DNA of 16,220 nt from Candidatus Micrarchaeota archaeon (GTDB lineage: Archaea > Micrarchaeota > Micrarchaeia > Norongarragalinales > UBA8480): contig JAZDHP010000032.1 in the NCBI GenBank assembly GCA_043805855.1, positions 1 through 16,220 on the forward strand, in the 5' to 3' direction. The notes below the pieces were generated by a model. That model worked only from the letters and a program-made list of their open reading frames with translations, made no database searches and was not told the origin of the DNA. Numbering within the stretch: the first letter of the stretch is position 1; each line of letters starts with the position of its first letter. Of the stretch, positions 14,671 to 16,220 are shown piece by piece. Both the position numbers and the translations under genes were made by a program.

Positions 14671-15885
14671 ATGGCAGCTGTTGACATCTATAATTTACCT
14701 CGTAAGCTGGAGCGCTACGTGGAGCGAATTAAACAAGAACCTACTATCTGTGATTCTAATCGCGAAGCCATACTCAAATTCTTCGACTACTGTTTTGCTA
14801 ATGGCTTAAGCACTGCTCGCGTGTTAATCTATGCGCAGCGCTTGCTTCCAATTGCAAAGCTACTTGGGAAAGACTTCAAAGAAGCCACAAAAGATGACAT
14901 CCAAGCTCTAGTTGGAGAAATTGAACGTAAAGCATGGTCGCCTTGGACTAAACACTTTTACAAGGTTACTTTGAAGAAATTTTATAAGTGGCTTGAAGGT
15001 AATGACGAGTTCTCCCCTGATAAAGTCAAGTGGATAAAGGGGAGTGTAAAAAATAGTCAAAAAATGCTTCCTGAAGAGCTTCTCAGCTATCAAGATATAT
15101 TGAAAATGATTGAAGCTGCGCCGAATGCTCGTGATAAGTGCTTGATCGCAGTTCTCTTTGAAAGTGGCTGTAGAATTAGCGAACTAGCTGGTGTTAAAAT
15201 AAAACACGTTTCATTTGACGCATATGGAGCGCAGCTACTTATTGCCGGAGGCAAAACTGGAGCACGAAGAGTTCGATTAATTACTTCAGTTAACTTGTTG
15301 AAAACCTGGCTTGATTATAATCCTTGGAAAACAGATCCAGAAGCTTCACTTTGGCCTCGTTTAACTAATCGCTGGAAAGGACAACCTTTACGCTACCAAG
15401 TAATTCGTCAACGCATTGTTGACATTGCTAAAACTGCAGGCGTAACAAAGCGAGTAAATCCACATAGTTTTCGTCATGCACGCGCTACGCAATTAGCGAA
15501 AATGGGTTTGAGTGAAATTCAAATGACGGGCATAATGGGCTGGGTTGTTGCTTCTCGCCAATGTGCTACTTATGTTCATATGAGTATGCGGGATACGGAT
15601 AATACGTTGCTAAAAGCGCATGGCATTGAGGTAAAAGATGACAATTGTGAGTTTATCTGTTGTCCCCGTTGCAGCAAGCAAAACACGTTGAACTTAAGCT
15701 ACTGCGGAGGTTGTGGAATGCCTTTAAACATGAAAGCTGCCGTTAGCGCTGACGCTAAAACCGCAGAGCTTGAAAAGAATCTCGAATGGTTACGAAATAT
15801 AATAGAAAATGACGAAAGTATTAGGAATGCAATTGCCGACAAACGAGCTAACCAGTTAAAATCTTCTAGTGAAACAAACCAATAG
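14671..15885 (+). CDS. Tyrosine recombinase/integrase with C-terminal zinc ribbon
   Basis: Catalytic R (ESGCRISE), K (GKTG), HxxR (HSFRHAR), W (MGW) and Y (ATYVH). CPRC...CGGC zinc ribbon. Starts 68 nt after tRNA-Asp. Confidence 0.93.
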   Translation: MAAVDIYNLPRKLERYVERIKQEPTICDSNREAILKFFDYCFANGLSTARVLIYAQRLLPIAKLLGKDFKEATKDDIQALVGEIERKAWSPWTKHFYKVTLKKFYKWLEGNDEFSPDKVKWIKGSVKNSQKMLPEELLSYQDILKMIEAAPNARDKCLIAVLFESGCRISELAGVKIKHVSFDAYGAQLLIAGGKTGARRVRLITSVNLLKTWLDYNPWKTDPEASLWPRLTNRWKGQPLRYQVIRQRIVDIAKTAGVTKRVNPHSFRHARATQLAKMGLSEIQMTGIMGWVVASRQCATYVHMSMRDTDNTLLKAHGIEVKDDNCEFICCPRCSKQNTLNLSYCGGCGMPLNMKAAVSADAKTAELEKNLEWLRNIIENDESIRNAIADKRANQLKSSSETNQ

Positions 15886-16219
15886 TTTCATTTAATGCAG
15901 GATAAGCTTCTAGCACCGGGGTTAGATTAGTATCGCAATAGATTTCATCAATTTTTTCTCGACCATTTTCCACTTCCCCAGTTTTCTGCTCATACTTTTC
16001 AACAGCATAACGCACTTGCGATACCTTAAGGGGGACTTTAACACCAAACAATGGATTAAAAGAAAGGGCATTCTTTTTCGCAATAAATTCACAACACCTC
16101 AAAAATAACAACCAAACATACCCAAAATTGATTGAAGCTGCATTTGAACTAAAAGCCACGGCATAATTGTGTAGAACCTCCCGTTCCTTTTCTTTAAATT
16201 TAATTACAAACTCCTTTCT
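15866..16219 (-). CDS. Hypothetical protein, partial (5' end beyond window)
   Basis: The frame of the track ORF 15866..16159 stays open to the window edge (RKEFVIKFKEKEREVLHNYA-VAFSS...). Convergent with the integrase, overlapping it by 20 nt. Confidence 0.55.
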   Translation of the reverse strand, partial: RKEFVIKFKEKEREVLHNYAVAFSSNAASINFGYVWLLFLRCCEFIAKKNALSFNPLFGVKVPLKVSQVRYAVEKYEQKTGEVENGREKIDEIYCDTNLTPVLEAYPALNETIGLFH

Positions 16220-16220
16220 A

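Larger units (their letters stand above)
14603..16220. mobile_element. Probable left end of an integrative element at tRNA-Asp
   Basis: tRNA immediately followed by an integrase. The second att copy is not in the window. Confidence 0.5.

Noticed and set aside
16186..16204. CCTTTTCTTT tract as another repeat copy
   Set aside because: No complementary purine arm follows. It encodes KEKE in the minus-strand ORF.

Overview
Archaeal chromosome segment; a DPANN lineage such as Micrarchaeota is inferred from gene content and non-canonical tRNA introns, not proven. Left to right: 3' end of an RdgB/HAM1 pyrophosphatase, then the archaeal RNase P/proteasome/exosome superoperon (Pop5, an inserted hypothetical gene, psmA, SBDS, rrp4, rrp41, rrp42, rpl37ae, DUF2666-like). 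Next come tRNA-Pro(TGG) with three introns, a membrane-anchored protein, tRNA-Tyr(GTA) with two introns, a J-domain-like protein and a secreted 44-Cys repeat protein. These are followed by porCDAB with a mini-intein in porB, a divergent UDG-superfamily gene, tRNA-Asp(GTC) with two introns, and a tyrosine integrase marking the probable start of an integrated element. The most striking unexplained structure is a ~35-45 nt repeat family: pyrimidine tract, its purine inverted repeat, a GC linker, then a mirror copy of the purine tract. This is the geometry of an intrastrand triple helix. It fills four of the seven tRNA introns (60-63 nt) and also occurs twice free-standing, once inverted between 30/32-bp direct repeats of the tRNA-Pro 3' end. 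It may be a small mobile, triplex-forming element that colonises tRNA genes as BHB-spliced introns.
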